DNA of 64,000 bases from Eledone cirrhosa (GCA_964016885.1 OZ024765.1:7750001-7814000), one strand, 5' to 3'. Shown: positions 11,885-24,800, counted from the first letter of the stretch. Program-made: numbers and translations. Notes: generated by a model not told the origin, from the sequence alone.

Positions 11885-12210
11885 ATATTTCTATCATGTC
11901 CCCCCCCCCCACCTTCTTAGATTTATCTCCTCTAAATTTGCAATCCCTAAAGTTTAACATCTTTCTTCAGAAGACAGATTTCTTAATAATTCTGGTGTTT
12001 TCTGTTTTGTTCTTTTCTGGATTCCTTCAATAGCTTCTCCGTATTTTCTGAAGTCGTCTGACCATGCCCCAAAACAATATTCTAGGTCGTATCACACATA
12101 TCATTCAACTAGTGTTTTAGACTTCTCGACATTTAGCTTGGCAAAGGAATGTTTTATTATTCCTATCATCTGAATTCCTTTTTTTTCTTCAACATGTTTA
12201 GCCATCTTTA
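11885..12210 (-). mobile_element. Decayed CR1/L2-type LINE ORF2 3' fragment (once per unit)
   Basis: Minus translation ..QMIGIIKHSFAKL..DLEYCFGAWSDDFRKYGEAIEGIQKRTK..LRNLSSEERC*TLGIANLEE..RR..GDMIEIY resembles the CR1 C-terminus (LEYC..WSP..DIE.LE.VQRRATK..L.YEERL..L..LE.RR.RGDMIE). Stops and frameshifts are present; a second DMIEIFKIMK block lies at ~16250-16285. Confidence 0.85.
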
Positions 12211-13209
12211 AAATCATATTCATACATATTCACAATTCCTCGTGGAGGGGTATAAGAGAGATGTATAAATATAGCTGCATATTACTACAAAATAACTTGA
12301 ACCATATCGCGAAACATTTTGTAAAGTATCTCTGTAATTATTCTCATTTCGATTTTCTGGAGAATGTATTGACGTTTAAGATAGAGACAATTGCCCTTCT
12401 TCTAATAATCTCTTTGTCCATTCCATGTTTAGTCTCACAAAATATTGTTAATGCAAGATTTTACTCTAATGTAATAAATGTTACTTTTAAAAGACCGAAG
12501 TTCTCAATTTTCTTCTTTCTCTTGTATATTGATATCTAAAGGATGACAAATGTATAAATTATGTGATAGGGAGGAAAAAAAAAAGCCACGACCTTCTTCT
12601 CTCGTTACAGAAGGCTAACTGACAACGTCTTTCGCAGGAGTGACTAGTACTACTGCCTTTTATATACCGTGACAACTGAAAAGACGTGACAAATAAGGAT
12701 ACACTCTGCTCTCCTTATCAACATTGTCCGAGTCTGAGGGCCTTTCCTCCCTGGTTAAGGAGTGAGATAAAATATTAGGGATCAATCTCTAGCAATAATT
12801 TTTATCTAATTATTATCAAACAAAACAGATTTATATATTGTCGCCGTTGTACGTTAAAATCGCAAATATATTTATATACACACCAAGGATGGAGGGACGA
12901 CGGAATTGAAAACAATTATTGCTGAGTACATCACGGCAAGATCTAATCTAATAGATACACACACTCTCCCGTATATATTTAATAATCAGCTATGACCATG
13001 AAGAAGGTCCCTGTAGATCATCTGGTTGTAGGATCTAATGAACCCGAATGAAAGTGAAAATATATTTTATGAAAGCCCCAGAAGAATAAATGTAAACATT
13101 GACTCGATTATAGTAGAAATAAGAATGAGAAAGCCATGAACGCCATCACATCTATTTTGCTTGGAAATTGAAAGTAGGTTTATAAATATAAATTTTTTCT
13201 TATGTTCTT

Positions 13210-13291
13210 GTATCTGTTTCGTTGGCCTAATGGTAGGTGTTAGAGACTGATGTGGTGTTCAATCTCAGTCCGAATCTGTACTATATATTTT
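13210..13291 (+). ncRNA. Candidate Pol III small-RNA cassette 1 (once per unit)
   Basis: TATAAAT 13181; A box TGGCCTAATGG 13223-13233; B box GTTCAATCT 13257-13265; TTTT 13288-13291. A-B gap is 23 nt here and 34 nt in units 4, 5, 8 and 9. Confidence 0.45.
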
Positions 13292-13318
13292 AAAATTTAA
13301 ATTTTTCTCTAGCAAAGT

Positions 13319-13419
13319 AAAAAATGAAATTATTACCTATAGACTTTGACTGAGATCGAAACTCAGAGCAGGTTCTCCACCGTCTCTAATACCTACCATT
13401 AGGCCACGGAGACAGATAT
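13319..13419 (-). ncRNA. Candidate Pol III small-RNA cassette 2 (once per unit)
   Basis: TATAAAT 13447-13441; A box TGGCCTAATGG 13406-13396; T-arm-like CTGAG-TTTCGAT-CTCAG; T6 at 13324-13319. Confidence 0.5.
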
Positions 13420-13478
13420 AAAAACAGTGTGAAAATTAATATTTATAAAGTTACTTTTTTATTTTTGTTTTATACTAT

Positions 13479-13572
13479 AAAAAATCCAATACGACACACT
13501 GCCAGTGATTGGACCCCGGACCTGGACCTCCACCGGCACTAATACTTACCACTAAGCTAAAGGGACGGTTAC
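13479..13572 (-). ncRNA. Candidate Pol III small-RNA cassette 3 (once per unit)
   Basis: TATAAAT 13600-13594; A box TAGCTTAGTGG 13559-13549; B box GGTTCAATC in units 3-9 (GGTCCAATC in units 1-2) at 13515-13507; T6 at 13484-13479. Confidence 0.55.
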
Positions 13573-13615
13573 AGAAACTTACTGAAAATTAATATTTATA
13601 AACCTACTTTTTCAT

Positions 13616-13790
13616 TACTAGAAAAAACCGGAAGTGGAGAAAATTGAAAAACATCTTCTTTTTCTTCCTCTGACTTTTTTTTATCCAAAATTTGGATTTA
13701 AGTCAGAGACGAGTTATCGTTCGTGGCAAAAATCAGAGGAAGAAAAAGAAGAAGTTTTTCAATTTTCTCCACTTCCGGTTTTTTCTAGTA
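13616..13790. mobile_element. 175-bp MITE-like palindrome with 63-bp near-perfect arms (once per unit)
   Basis: tactagaaaaaaccggaagtggagaaaattgaaaaac(a/t)tcttctttttcttcctctgattttt and its reverse complement, 1-2 mismatches, ~49-nt spacer, TA at both ends. Confidence 0.8.
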
Positions 13791-13824
13791 TAGGTAAGTA
13801 AATATTAATTTTCAAAAAATTTTT

Positions 13825-13903
13825 GTAACCGTCCCTGTGGCCTAATGGTAAGCACTAGAGACGGTGGAGATCCTGATTTAGGGTTCGATTTCCGTTAGGT
13901 TTT
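13825..13903 (+). ncRNA. Candidate Pol III small-RNA cassette 4 (once per unit)
   Basis: Degraded TATA (agtaaat 13797); A box TGGCCTAATGG 13838-13848; B box GGTTCGATT 13882-13890; TTTT 13900-13903. Confidence 0.5.
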
Positions 13904-14740
13904 ATACTAATAACTGCGTATTTGTTTCTTTTATTAAGTAAGATTTGAACTCATAATGCTGTACTTTGTAGTAATGTCCCATATTATATTCAACATATTT
14001 TAATTAACATGTTTTTTTTTTATAAAAGAAAGAACAAAAAACCTTATTGAAATTAAGAAATGAATTTTATTCAGTAAAGTTGTTTTTATTTTGTTTTCAC
14101 TTCATTAACTGCTGAATACGTCTTTTGTTTTTGTTTTTGATTCTTTCTAACCATTGTTTACTGTGAATGGTGACTGCAACGAACCTGGATTATTACCAAG
14201 TTTCACTGGATGATTGTATTATTTTGTTGTCAGTGGACATCTGGACATCTATCTAAATACCTGGAATAAACACAAGGTGTGTGTTTTACGTAACATTTCA
14301 TTTTAATGTCTGATGTTCCTGCATTTCACATTTAAAATGTAACCAAAAATAAACAAGACAGGGACGCTACATCAAAATAAACCACACAGACGAGGTACGA
14401 ATAATCTAAAATTAATTTTAACAAACTATAAACGATGTTTAAAGAGAGACGAACATTAAAATAGGATTTCAAACAAACACGTAAACACAAAGACAATTAC
14501 AGCCGCCATAATCTAATATCTGAAGATCAACATTTTTCACGATAGAAATAAAACTAAATATGTAAAGTTTAGTGGCCCCTGATTTACTTGCTTTTAATTT
14601 CATTTTGATAATCTGTATTGTATTCTGTAGACATATATTTATGATTTTAATGATGAAATTTCCTCTTGTCTTTAAAAGATTATTACTTATAAAAATTATA
14701 ATAGTCACCTCCTCCTCTCGATTAATATGTAGCTTACCCA

Positions 14741-15058
14741 CAGGGGTTCCTCAACTGGGCGGTTTCAACTGTTGGGTGGGCGATGAGCAGCTGAACAGAA
14801 AATTGAGGGCCATTGGAAACTTTGGTGGCCGATATAGAATTTTGAGATTTAAGAAGGTATGCTACCCGAAAACCTATTCAAGGAATATATGCAAAGAACC
14901 TGAATAAAAATCAGGAAGCTAATTGGGAAAATTAAACCAGGAACAAACATTTACGAAACATATTTGGTATACTTTGGAATATTTACTATACAGGTGGCTG
15001 GTGGAACATTTTTTCATGTGAATGTGGGAAATGACGCCAAAATATTTGGCAACCCTTG
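14741..15058. mobile_element. Old non-autonomous hAT (Charlie-like) element (once per unit)
   Basis: Ends caggggttcctcaact...tatttggcaacccttg resemble CAGGGGTTCCCAAACT-type TIRs; flanks gcttaccca / gcttacac look like a decayed 8-bp target duplication. Confidence 0.6.
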
Positions 15059-15734
15059 GCTTACACCTTACTAAATGTTCTGGAGACAAGCCTCTTAGCT
15101 ATATATCATAGTTCTTCAATCCTTCATCTTCCACAGTTGGTGAAGTATTTCGATTTGATATGACGATCGCAGAGTTAGATTTAGGACGTGGTGGCGTTCA
15201 TGGGTTTCTTAGTGTTGTTACTAGAAAGGGTCGACTCTGTCTTTCACACTTCAGGTTTTTTCATGAATTAAATATCCATTTTCTTTCTGATCGGTCTAAC
15301 AATGATTTCAACCTACAATGACTCCGTCTGTAATAATGTTCTCTTATTTGAAATATGTCATACCTAACTCCCGTGTCTGTGTGTGTGAAAAATATTCCAA
15401 CTTAGAGCGACGTGCCCGTAAATTGTTTAGCCTGATTCCTATATATAGATAATGTGTAATATTTGAACCTTCATGGAGGGTCTTTGCCGTAATTTCCCGT
15501 AACTCCGACTAGAAGTCATTATGTAGTTTTTTCGTCCGTTAAAAATAATGATTAAAACAATTCTATATCCACAGTTATATACACCTCTTCATCACATATT
15601 ATATTATTTCCACCAATAACTACATTATATCCTTAAATATGACACCAAGACATATAATTTGTAAATAAAAGATAAAATATTAAAACCTCAATTTTTAAAT
15701 AATTTTACTCCACCTTTGTGTTCTCAGTGTTTAG

Positions 15735-15850
15735 ATTAACCCTTAATTTTTATGATTTGGAAGCATAAAACTTATAGTACCAGTCATGTACTGGGATCAA
15801 TTTAACGGATTGGTTCCTCCCCGCAAATTACTTGACTTTTGCCTAAGTAA
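15735..15850 (+). mobile_element. Highly decayed SINE 3' half (once per unit)
   Basis: agtaccagtcatgtactgggatcaatttaacggattggttcctccccgcaaattacttgacttttgcctaag aligns by eye to the SINE at 2350-2420. Confidence 0.65.
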
Positions 15851-18800
15851 GACATACTCACAGAATGTATCGATGTATATGTATGAATGTATATATATAT
15901 ATTAGTATATTTTATGTTTACAATAAAAATAGACAAACAATTTAATGATAATATGAAATGAAATTATTATTATTTATTAATAATATTTTTATTGTTTTCA
16001 CTGCATTAACTTCTGAGTGTGACTTTGGTTTTCTTACTATTTTCTACTGTAAATGGCGGCTTAATTGGATTATTACTAAGGTTTACTGGATTGTGGTGTT
16101 TCTTTATTGTTTTATATTTCAATCAGTGGACATCAGGATAGCTTTCTATATACCTGGGATAAATGTAAAGAGTACTGACTTTCATCTGCAGTTCAATGGT
16201 GATGTCTTCTTATATTTTCATTTACTTCTGCAATACTGTATATTGTAGTCTTTTCATTATTTTAAATATTTCTATCATGTCACTCGTTTGATATATCTCC
16301 CCGAAAGATATAGTTATTCACAGCTTTACATTGGAATAGTGTACTACTATTTAAATATTAGTCCTTTAAATATATATTTCTATCATGTCCCCCCCCCCCC
16401 CCCACCTTCTTAGATTTATCTCCTCTAAATTTGCAATCCCTAAAGTTTAACATCTTTCTTCAGAAGACAGATTTCTTAATAATTCTGGTGTTTTCTGTTT
16501 TGTTCTTTTCTGGATTCCTTCAATAGCTTCTCCGTATTTTCTGAAGTCGTCTGACCATGCCCCAAAACAATATTCTAGGTCGTATCACACATATCATTCA
16601 ACTAGTGTTTTAGACTTCTCGACATTTAGCTTGGCAAAGGAATGTTTTATTATTCCTATCATCTGAATTCCTTTTTTTTCTTCAACATGTTTAGCCATCT
16701 TTAAAATCATATTCATACATATTCACAATTCCTCGTGGAGGGGTATAAGAGAGATGTATAAATATAGCTGCATATTACTACAAAATAACTTGAACCATAT
16801 CGCGAAACATTTTGTAAAGTATCTCTGTAATTATTCTCATTTCGATTTTCTGGAGAATGTATTGACGTTTAAGATAGAGACAATTGCCCTTCTTCTAATA
16901 ATCTCTTTGTCCATTCCATGTTTAGTCTCACAAAATATTGTTAATGCAAGATTTTACTCTAATGTAATAAATGTTACTTTTAAAAGACCGAAGTTCTCAA
17001 TTTTCTTCTTTCTCTTGTATATTGATATCTAAAGGATGACAAATGTATAAATTATGTGATAGGGAGGAAAAAAAAAAGCCACGACCTTCTTCTCTCGTTA
17101 CAGAAGGCTAACTGACAACGTCTTTCGCAGGAGTGACTAGTACTACTGCCTTTTATATACCGTGACAACTGGAAAGACGTGACAAATAAGGATACACTCT
17201 GCTCTCCTTATCAACATTGTCCGAGTCTGAGGGCCTTTCCTCCCTGGTTAAGGAGTGAGATAAAATATTAGGGATCAATCTCTAGCAATAATTTTTATCT
17301 AATTATTATCAAACAAAACAGATTTATATATTGTCGCCGTTGTACGTTAAAATCGCAAATATATTTATATACACACCAAGGATGGAGGGACGACGGAATT
17401 GAAAACAATTATTGCTGAGTACATCACGGCAAGATCTAATCTAATAGATACACACACTCTCCCGTATATATTTAATAATCAGCTATGACCATGAAGAAGG
17501 TCCCTGTAGATCATCTGGTTGTAGGATCTAATGAACCCGAATGAAAGTGAAAATATATTTTATGAAAGCCCCAGAAGAATAAATGTAAACATTGACTCGA
17601 TTATAGTAGAAATAAGAATGAGAAAGCCATGAACGCCATCACATCTATTTTGCTTGGAAATTGAAAGTAGGTTTATAAATATAAATTTTTTCTTATGTTC
17701 TTGTATCTGTTTCGTTGGCCTAATGGTAGGTGTTAGAGACTGATGTGGTGTTCAATCTCAGTCCGAATCTGTACTATATATTTTAAAATTTAAATTTTTC
17801 TCTAGCAAAGTAAAAAATGAAATTATTACCTATAGACTTTGACTGAGATCGAAACTCAGAGCAGGTTCTCCACCGTCTCTAATACCTACCATTAGGCCAC
17901 GGAGACAGATATAAAAACAGTGTGAAAATTAATATTTATAAAGTTACTTTTTTATTTTTGTTTTATACTATAAAAAATCCAATACGACACACTGCCAGTG
18001 ATTGGACCCCGGACCTGGACCTCCACCGGCACTAATACTTACCACTAAGCTAAAGGGACGGTTACAGAAACTTACTGAAAATTAATATTTATAAACCTAC
18101 TTTTTCATTACTAGAAAAAACCGGAAGTGGAGAAAATTGAAAAACATCTTCTTTTTCTTCCTCTGATTTTTTTTTATCCAAAATTTGGATTTAAGTCAGA
18201 GACGAGTTATCGTTCGTGGCAAAAATCAGAGGAAGAAAAAGAAGAAGTTTTTCAATTTTCTCCACTTCCGGTTTTTTCTAGTATAGGTAAGTAAATATTA
18301 ATTTTCAAAAAATTTTTGTAACCGTCCCTGTGGCCTAATGGTAAGCACTAGAGACGGTGGAGATCCTGATTTAGGGTTCGATTTCCGTTAGGTTTTATAC
18401 TAATAACTGCGTATTTGTTTCTTTTATTAAGTAAGATTTGAACTAATAATGCTGTAGTTTGTAGTAATGTCCCATATTATATTCAACATATTTCAATTAA
18501 AATTTATTTTTTTTATAAAAGAAAGAACAAAAAACCTTATTGAAATTAAGAAATGAATTTTATTCAGTAAAGTTGTTTTTATTTTGTTTTCACTTCATTA
18601 ACTGCTGAATACGTCTTTTGTTTTTGTTTTTGATTCTTTCTAACCATTGTTTATTGTGAATGGTGACTGCAACGAACCTGGATTATTACCAAGTTTCACT
18701 GGATGATTGTATTATTTTGTTGTCAGTGGACATCTGGACATCTATCTAAATACCTGGAATAAACACAAGGCGTGTGTTTTACGTAACATTTCATTTTAAT

Positions 18801-21800
18801 GTCTGATGTTCCTGTATTTCACATTTAAAATGTAACCAAAAATAAACAAGACAGGGACGCTACATCAAAATAAACCACACAGACGAGGTACGAATAATCT
18901 AAAATTAATTTTAACAAACTATAAACGATGTTTAAAGAGAGACGAACATTAAAATAGGATTTCAAACAAACACGTAAACACAAAGACAATTACAGCCGCC
19001 ATAATCTAATATCTGAAGATCAACATTTTTCACGATAGAAATAAAACTAAATATGTAAAGTTTAGTGGCCCCTGATTTACTTGCTTTTAATTTCATTTTG
19101 ATAATCTGTATTGTATTCTGTAGACATATATTTATGATTTTAATGATGAAATTTCCTCTTGTCTTTAAAAGATTATTACTTATAAAAATTATAATAGTCA
19201 CCTCCTCCTCTCGATTAATATGTAGCTTACCCACAGGGGTTCCTCAACTGGGCGGTTTCAACTGTTGGGTGGGCGATGAGCAGCTGAACAGAAAATTGAG
19301 GGCCATTGGAAACTTTGGTGGCCGATATAGAATTTTGAGATTTAAGAAGGTATGCTACCCGAAAACCTATTCAAGGAATATATGCAAAGAACCTGAATAA
19401 AAATCAGGAAGCTAATTGGGAAAATTAAACCAGGAACAAACATTTACGAAACATATTTGGTATACTTTGGAATATTTACTATACAGGTGGCTGGTGGAAC
19501 ATTTTTTCATGTGAATGTGGGAAATGACGCCAAAATATTTGGCAACCCTTGGCTTACACCTTACTAAATGTTCTGGAGACAAGCCTCTTAGCTATATATC
19601 ATAGTTCTTCAATCCTTCATCTTCCACAGTTGGTGAAGTATTTCGATTTGATATGACGATCGCAGAGTTAGATTTAGGACGTGGTGGCGTTCATGGGTTT
19701 CTTAGTGTTGTTACTAGAAAGGGTCGACTCTGTCTTTCACACTTCAGGTTTTTTCATGAATTAAATATCCATTTTCTTTCTGATCGGTCTAACAATGATT
19801 TCAACCTACAATGACTCCGTCTGTAATAATGTTCTCTTATTTGAAATATGCCATACCTAACTCCCGTGTGTGTGTGTGTGAAAAATATTCCAACTTAGAG
19901 CGACGTGCCCGTAAATTGTTTAGCCTGATTCCTATATATAGATAATGTGTAATATTTGAACCTTCATGGAGGGTCTTTGCCGTAATTTCCCGTAACTCCG
20001 ACTAGAAGTCATTATGTAGTTTTTTCGTCCGTTAAAAATAATGATTAAAACAATTCTATATCCACAGTTATATACACCTCTTCATCACATATTATATTAT
20101 TTCCACCAATAACTACATTATATCCTTAAATATGACACCAAGACATATAATTTGTAAATAAAAGATAAAATATTAAAACCTCAATTTTTAAATAATTTTA
20201 CTCCACCTTTGTGTTCTCAGTGTTTAGATTAACCCATAATTTTTATGATTTGGGAGCATATAACTTATAGTACCAGTCATGTACTGGGATCAATTTAACG
20301 GATTGGTTCCTCCCCGCAAAATACTTGACTTTTGCCTAAGTAAGACATACTCACAGAATGTATCGATGTATATATATATATTAGTATATTTTATGTTTAC
20401 AATAAAAATAGACAAACAATTTAATGATAATATGAAATGAAATTATTATTATTTATTAATAATATTTTTATTGTTTTCACTGCATTAACTTCTGAGTGTG
20501 ACTTTGGTTTTCTTACTATTTTCTACTGTAAATGGCGGCTTAATTGGATTATTACTAAGGTTTACTGGATTGTGGTGTTTCTTTATTGTTTTATATTTCA
20601 ATCAGTGGACATCAGGATAGCTTTCTATATACCTGGGATAAATGTAAAGAGTACTGACTTTCATCTGCAGTTCAATGGTGATGTCTTCTTATATTTTCAT
20701 TTACTTCTGCAATACTGTAGTCTTTTCATTATTTTAAATATTTCTATCATGTCACTCGTTTGATATATCTCCCCGAAAGATATAGTTATTCAGAGCTTTA
20801 CATTGGAATAGTGTACTACTATTTAAATATTAGTCCTTTAAATATATATTTCTATCATGTCCCCCCCCCACCCCACCTTCTTAGATTTATCTCCTCTAAA
20901 TTTGCAATCCCTAAAGTTTAACATCTTTCTTCAGAAGACAGATTTCTTAATAATTCTGGTGTTTTCTGTTTTGTTCTTTTCTGGATTCCTTCAATAGCTT
21001 CTCCGTATTTTCTGAAGTCGTCTGACCATGCCCCAAAACAATATTCTAGGTCGTATCACACATATCATTCAACTAGTGTTTTAGACTTCTCGACATTTAG
21101 CTTGGCAAAGGAATGTTTTATTATTCCTATCATCTGAATTCCTTTTTTTTCTTCAACATGTTTAGCCATCTTTAAAATCATATTCATACATATTCACAAT
21201 TCCTCGTGGAGGGGTATAAGAGACATGTATAAATATAGCTGCATATTACTACAAAATAACTTGAACCATATCGCGAAACATTTTGTAAAGTATCTCTGTA
21301 ATTATTCTCATTTCGATTTTCTGGAGAATGTATTGACGTTTAAGATAGCGACAATTGCCCTTCTTCTAATAACCTCTTTGTCCATTCCATGTTTAGTCTC
21401 ACAAAATATTGTTAATGCAAGATTTTACTCTAATGTAATAAATGTTACTTTTAAAAGACCGAAGTTCTCAATTTTCTTCTTTCTCTTGTATATTGATATC
21501 TAAAGGATGACAAATGTATAAATTATGTGATAGGGAGGGAAAAAAAAAGCCACGACCTTCTTCTCTCGTTACAGAAGGCTAACTGACAACGTCTTTCGCA
21601 GGAGTGACTAGTACTACTGCCTTTTATATACCGTGACAACTGGAAAGATGTGACAAATAAGGATACACTCTGCTCTCCTTATCAACATTGTCCGAGTCTG
21701 AGGGCCTTTCCTCCCTGGTTAAGGAGTGAGATAAAATATTAGGGATCAATCTCTAGCAATAATTTTTATCTAATTATTATCAAACAAAACAGATTTATAT

Positions 21801-24800
21801 ATTGTCGCCGTTGTACGTTAAAATCGCAAATATATTTATATACACACCAAGGATGGAGGGACGACGGAATTGAAAACAATTATTGCTGAGTACATCACGG
21901 CAAGATCTAATCTAATAGATACACACACTCTCCCGTATATATTTAATAATCAGCTATGACCATGAAGAAGGTCCCTGTAGATCATCTGGTTGTAGGATCT
22001 AATGAACCCGAATGAAAGTGAAAATATATTTTATGAAAACCCCAGAAGAATAAATGTAAACATTGACTCGATTATAGTAGAAATAAGAATGAGAAAGCCA
22101 TGAACGCCATCACATCTATTTTGCTTGGAAATTGAAAGTAGGTTTATAAATATAAATTTTTTCTTATGTTCTTGTATCTGTTTCGTTGGCCTAATGGTAG
22201 GTGTTAGAGACTGATGTGGTGTTCAATCTCAGTCCGAATCTGTACTATATATTTTAAAATTTAAATTTTTCTCTAGCAAAGTAAAAAATGAAATTATTAC
22301 CTATAGACTTTGACTGAGATCGAAACTCAGAGCAGGTTCTCCACCGTCTCTAATACCTACCATTAGGCCACGGAGACAGATATAAAAACAGTGTGAAAAT
22401 TAATATTTATAAAGTTACTTTTTTATTTTTGTTTTATACTATAAAAAATCCAATACGACACACTGCCAGTGATTGAACCCCGGACCTGGACCTCCACCGG
22501 CACTAATACTTACCACTAAGCTAAAGGGACGGTTACAGAAACTTACTGAAAATTAATATTTATAAACCTACTTTTTCATTACTAGAAAAAACCGGAAGTG
22601 GAGAAAATTGAAAAACATCTTCTTTTTCTTCCTCTGATTTTTTTTTATCCAAAATTTGGATTTAAGTCAGAGACGAGTTATCGTTCGTGGCAAAAATCAG
22701 AGGAAGAAAAAGAAGAAGTTTTTCAATTTTCTCCACTTCCGGTTTTTTCTAGTATAGGTAAGTAAATATTAATTTTCAAAAAATTTTTGTAACCGTCCCT
22801 GTGGCCTAATGGTAAGCACTAGAGACGGTGGAGATCCTGATTTAGGGTTCGATTTCCGTTAGGTTTTATACTAATAACTGCGTATTTGTTTCTTTTATTA
22901 AGTAAGATTTGAACTAATAATGCTGTACTTTGTAGTAATGTCCCATATTATATTCAACATATTTTAATTAAAATTTATTTTTTTTATAAAAGAAAGAACA
23001 AAAAACCTTATTGAAATTAAGAAATGAATTTTATTCAGTAAAGTTGTTTTTATTTTGTTTTCACTTCATTAACTGCTGAATACGTCTTTTGTTTTTGTTT
23101 TTGATTCTTTCTAACCATTGTTTACTGTGAATGGTGACTGCAACGAACCTGGATTATTACCAAGTTTCACTGGATGATTGTATTATTTTGTTGTCAGTGG
23201 ACATCTGGACATCTATCTAAATACCTGGAATAAACACAAGGTGTGTGTTTTACGTAACATTTCATTTTAATGTCTGATGTTCCTGTATTTCACATTTAAA
23301 ATGTAACCAAAAATAAACAAGACAGGGACGCTACATCAAAATAAACCACACAGACGAGGTACGAATAATCTAAAATTAATTTTAACAAACTATAAACGAT
23401 GTTTAAAGAGAGACGAACATTAAAATAGGATTTCAAACAAACACGTAAACACAAAGACAATTACAGCCGCCATAATCTAATATCTGAAGATCAACATTTT
23501 TCACGATAGAAATAAAACTAAATATGTAAAGTTTAGTGGCCCCTGATTTACTTGCTTTTAATTTCATTTTGATAATCTGTATTGTATTCTGTAGACATAT
23601 ATTTATGATTTTAATGATGAAATTTCCTCTTGTCTTTAAAAGATTATTACTTATAAAAATTATAATAGTCACCTCCTCCTCTCGATTAATATGTAGCTTA
23701 CCCACAGGGGTTCCTCAACTGGGCGGTTTCAACTGTTGGGTGGGCGATGAGCAGCTGAACAGAAAATTGAGGGCCATTGGAAACTTTGGTGGCCGATATA
23801 GAATTTTGAGATTTAAGAAGGTATGCTACCCGAAAACCTATTCAAGGAATATATGCAAAGAACCTGAATAAAAATCAGGAAGCTAATTGGGAAAATTAAA
23901 CCAGGAACAAACATTTACGAAACATATTTGGTATACTTTGGAATATTTACTATACAGGTGGCTGGTGGAACATTTTTTCATGTGAATGTGGGAAATGACG
24001 CCAAAATATTTGGCAACCCTTGGCTTACACCTTACTAAATGTTCTGGAGACAAGCCTCTTAGCTATATATCATAGTTCTTCAATCCTTCATCTTCCACAG
24101 TTGGTGAAGTATTTCGATTTGATATGACGATCGCAGAGTTAGATTTAGGACGTGGTGGCGTTCATGGGTTTCTTAGTGTTGTTACTAGAAAGGGTCGACT
24201 CTGTCTTTCACACTTCAGGTTTTTTCATGAATTAAATATCCATTTTCTTTCTGATCGGTCTAACAATGATTTCAACCTACAATGACTCCGTCTGTAATAA
24301 TGTTCTCTTATTTGAAATATGCCATACCTAACTCCCGTGTGTGTGTGTGTGAAAAATATTCCAACTTAGAGCGACGTGCCCGTAAATTGTTTAGCCTGAT
24401 TCCTATATATAGATAATGTGTAATATTTGAACCTTCATGGAGGGTCTTTGCCGTAATTTCCCGTAACTCCGACTAGAAGTCATTATGTAGTTTTTTCGTC
24501 CGTTAAAAATAATGATTAAAACAATTCTATATCCACAGTTATATACACCTCTTCATCACATATTATATTATTTCCACCAATAACTACATTATATCCTTAA
24601 ATATGACACCAAGACATATAATTTGTAAATAAAAGATAAAATATTAAAACCTCAATTTTTAAATAATTTTACTCCACCTTTGTGTTCTCAGTGTTTAGAT
24701 TAACCCATAATTTTTATGATTTGGGAGCATATAACTTATAGTACCAGTCATGTACTGGGATCAATTTAACGGATTGGTTCCTCCCCGCAAAATACTTGAC

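Noticed and set aside
13542-13550. U1 snRNA 5' end (ATACTTACC)
   Set aside because: Only 9 nt match; it is the reverse complement of the cassette-3 sequence at the end of the A box, and no U1 body follows.
13210-13903. Functional tRNA genes
   Set aside because: A/B boxes are present but acceptor and anticodon stems do not pair, so no cloverleaf or anticodon can be assigned.
12261-16248. Repeating 90-111 aa ORFs in each unit (MYKYSC.., MAPDLL.., MGKLHI.., MKLLLF..)
   Set aside because: AT-rich composition, no recognisable domain, one straddles a hAT insertion, and the frames are not kept in the ancient copies. They recur only because the DNA is duplicated.
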